A program made the translations under genes and the position numbers. The notes beneath the pieces were generated by a model. The model made no database searches, was not told where the DNA came from, and saw nothing but the letters and a program-made list of their open reading frames with translations. From Octopus vulgaris (lineage: Eukaryota): 64,000 bases of DNA. This document shows, piece by piece, positions 61,188-64,000 of the stretch (the stretch's first letter is position 1; every line of letters begins with the position of its first letter). The DNA lies in assembly GCA_951406725.2 (NCBI GenBank), contig OX597834.1, forward strand, positions 34,782,001 to 34,846,000, written 5' to 3'.

Positions 61188-61318
61188 TACATATATATAT
61201 ATATAAATACACACACACACACACACATATATATACATACAGTCCATTTGTTATCAAAATATACATTTATCAGAAAATACACAAAATGAAAGCAAGAAAT
61301 CTATATCCAAGCTGAAGC

Positions 61319-61378
<60 letters not shown>

Positions 61379-62194
61379 TTTTTTGTAAAAAAAAAAACTC
61401 AGAAAATTAAGAATGCTAGAAGGCAGAAGTGCAACATTAAATTGTCTTGCAAAGACAACTGGCAGACGTTACAAGAATCTAGTTGCACCAATAGTTCATA
61501 GTACATATAATATTGCTATTGTCATTAATTCCGGCAGACGATTACATTAAGCTCGTTATCATCAAAGTTTCACACAGACTCGGTAGCTTTTCTATTCTTT
61601 TCTTTTAATTTTGTTTTCTTTTCCATATTTCTTAATAACAAAAGCTATCTAAAAAATATTGATCTGACACAAAAGCTACACACACACACACAAAATGAGA
61701 GACATGTTTTTCTCCATAAGCCGCAAAAAAAAAACAAAAACCGCAGCAGATTATGAAAAGATGAAGCAATTTTGATTCTAGAAATCATTGTTCAAAACGA
61801 ATGATAACTGATAGGTCACCAGAATATATCGATTGATTTTTTTTTATATGTAAAAAAAACCATGAAAAAAGAACCAATAAACCCCCAAATAACACCATTC
61901 TTCTCCCCAATGGAAAGACAATATTATACAATAGACTGTGTGATTTGTACAATCTAGGGAATTCTCTTCATAAACGTTTTATCATTATTAATATTATTAT
62001 TATTATTTACATTTTGTCAGGAGGTTCAAATAAAAAATTTCTTGTACGAAGTTATTTTTCATACAATATTCAATCAACCAAGGTTTAGAGGGCATTTTTC
62101 ACTTTGTTGATAATATTGTGCACTACATATTATTTTAGTGGAGTTGGGAGGAGGTCATTGTATTGGGTTCTCCTCTCTTTGGATTGCTTTACAA

Positions 62195-62385
62195 TGTTAT
62201 ATATATATCCTCCCTTCCACACATATCATTGTATGTATATATATATATATATATAAACATACATATACATACACATATATGTATATACACATATCTATCT
62301 ATATATATATACATACACATACATATACATATGTACAAATATATATATATATACACACACGTATATAAATATATACATGCACATA

Positions 62386-62427
<42 letters not shown>

Positions 62428-62485
62428 TGTATATACATATACACATGCATGAATATACATTTATATATATATATATATATATATC
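62195..62485. repeat. Compound (TA)n/(TACA)n microsatellite; many other (TA)n, (TG)n and (CT)n tracts occur in the window
   Basis: Direct reading; source of the spurious YIYI/HTHT ORFs. Confidence 0.9.
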
Positions 62486-62514
62486 TCCATGTATATTTGT
62501 GTGTGTGGACAGAC

Positions 62515-62860
62515 ATACAAACATGGTTGTGTGGTTAAGAAGTTTGCTTCACAGCCATTGGGTTCCTGGTTCAATCCCACTGTGCCAGCACCTTGGACGA
62601 GTGTTACAAGTAAAATTACAAAAAAACAGAAACTATACCGAAGCCTGTCATAAATACACATACAAGTCTGAGTCCATGTCCTGTGTTGGTGTTACATCCT
62701 TTCATGTCCTACAACTTGGTGGTTTCACAAAGAGAGATTAATAAAAAGGAAGTACAATAAGCAATGGACTGAAATAAGTATCAGATCAGATATCATCAGC
62801 TGAAATACCTGAAGGTGGTACCCCAGCAGGGTTGCAGTCCAATGACTGAAACCAGTATTA
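62515..62860 (+). mobile_element. SINE family A copy
   Basis: Colinear with 342-727. Confidence 0.7.
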
Positions 62861-62886
62861 GAATGTGAATGTGTGTGTGTGCATGA

Positions 62887-62917
<31 letters not shown>

Positions 62918-63128
62918 CATACATATATATATATACATGTGTATGTATGTATGTGGATATTAAATGATAATAAATCATAATATATATATATATAATGATT
63001 ATTATTATTATTTAATGTCCACATACATACATACACATGTATATATATATATATATATCATCTTCATCATCATTTAATGTCTATATATATGTGTATGTAT
63101 ATATAATATATATATACACACACACGTA

Positions 63129-64000
63129 CACTAAACTGCAAAAAAAAAAAAAAACATATTTTCAAATGTCATTTTCATATGGTAAATTCTGAAAATTTAT
63201 TTTGGAGATGTAAGTGTAAAATATTCCAAGACATGCTGGTTTATGGGTGAGACCCAAATTGCAGGTAACCTTTCAAATTTCCCTGAAATGAGAGGCCAAA
63301 ACACAGCTGTGTTGAATGCCGTGGGTGGCAGTCACAAACAATTGTCATGGAAACTGAAATGCATGTGCATCTCATGGAGGTTATGGGTATAAAAACCAAC
63401 TTGAACTGCATTCCTGGCATTCATAATTTGGATGCATCAGGTATGATCTAATTGTCAGCAGCACAGAGAGAACAAGCTATTGGCCAACTGCAAGCAGGGC
63501 ATTGTGCCTTGGTTGTTGTGAAAGCTTACAATGTCCATGTCAGCACCATCTATCGCCTGCAACAGCGATACAACAGCACAAACTGCACTGCAGACCATGC
63601 CTGCATAGGGCGCCCTTAGGTGACTACGCCCAAGCAGGACTGCTTCATCCACCTGCAACACGTCTGTGATTGCTTCAGACCAGCCAGCATGACAGCTCGC
63701 AAGACCATTGACACTAGGCAGCGACCCATCAGCAATGACATGGTACGACGTTGAGTGGCTGCCAACAACCTGCGTTGCTGTTGTCCTGCTTGAGGGCTTG
63801 TCCTTACTACCGGCCACTATCAGCCATGACTACAGTGGGCTACACAGCACCAACATTGGCAGCATCAACAATGGAGTTTTAGAGTATTCCCTGCTGAGAG
63901 CCAGTACTGTATTGGAGAGCAGAGTGACAATGTGGCATAGGAGGGGTGAATGCTACAGAGACGCATGTGTCATGGAGAGAGATGCTTGGGGTGGCCATGG
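63129..64000 (+). mobile_element. Tc1-family DNA transposon, decayed, runs off the window
   Basis: TA-cactaaactgcaaaaa candidate left TIR, with a transposase pseudogene downstream. Confidence 0.75.
63443..64000 (+). pseudogene. Tc1 transposase pseudogene
   Basis: QREQAIGQLQAG...YNVHVSTIYRLQQR...GRP*VTTPKQD...ISNDMVRR*, matching the paired-like HTH plus GRPR motif; several stops and frameshifts. Confidence 0.85.

Noticed and set aside
62138-63036. ORFs up to 192 aa rich in YI/HT/CV
   Set aside because: Translations of (TA)n, (CA)n and (TG)n microsatellites plus a SINE; no coding signal.
63455-63817. 120-aa minus-strand ORF
   Set aside because: Antisense shadow of the Tc1 transposase pseudogene.

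Overview
AT-rich, microsatellite- and SINE-dense animal DNA. The repeat content suggests an octopus or other coleoid cephalopod (inference). Most of the window is one + strand gene, the invertebrate BRWD1/PHIP/BRWD3 family member (WD40 propeller, cryptic Tudor, two bromodomains, long low-complexity tail). I traced 29 coding exons from 2171 to the TAA at 49339-49341. All have GT-AG boundaries and consistent phases, about 1,785 codons in total, and the 5' end lies upstream of the window. A probable 3' UTR of up to 5 kb follows (to about 54380), then what looks like the A-rich mirror of a convergent minus-strand 3' UTR (about 55050-62050), and a decayed Tc1 transposon at the right edge. Introns hold tRNA-headed and (GAT)n-tailed SINE-like families, piggyBac/hAT MITEs, and LINE, RTE and Penelope relics; a mariner-type MITE lies in the putative 3' UTR. 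The best leads are a candidate poison or alternative-terminal exon inside bromodomain 2, a 76-bp SINE-derived hairpin, three non-repeat structured intronic islands, and hammerhead-ribozyme relics. Nearly all entries in the ORF track are spurious. All alignments and folds were done by eye, and family names come from remembered motifs.
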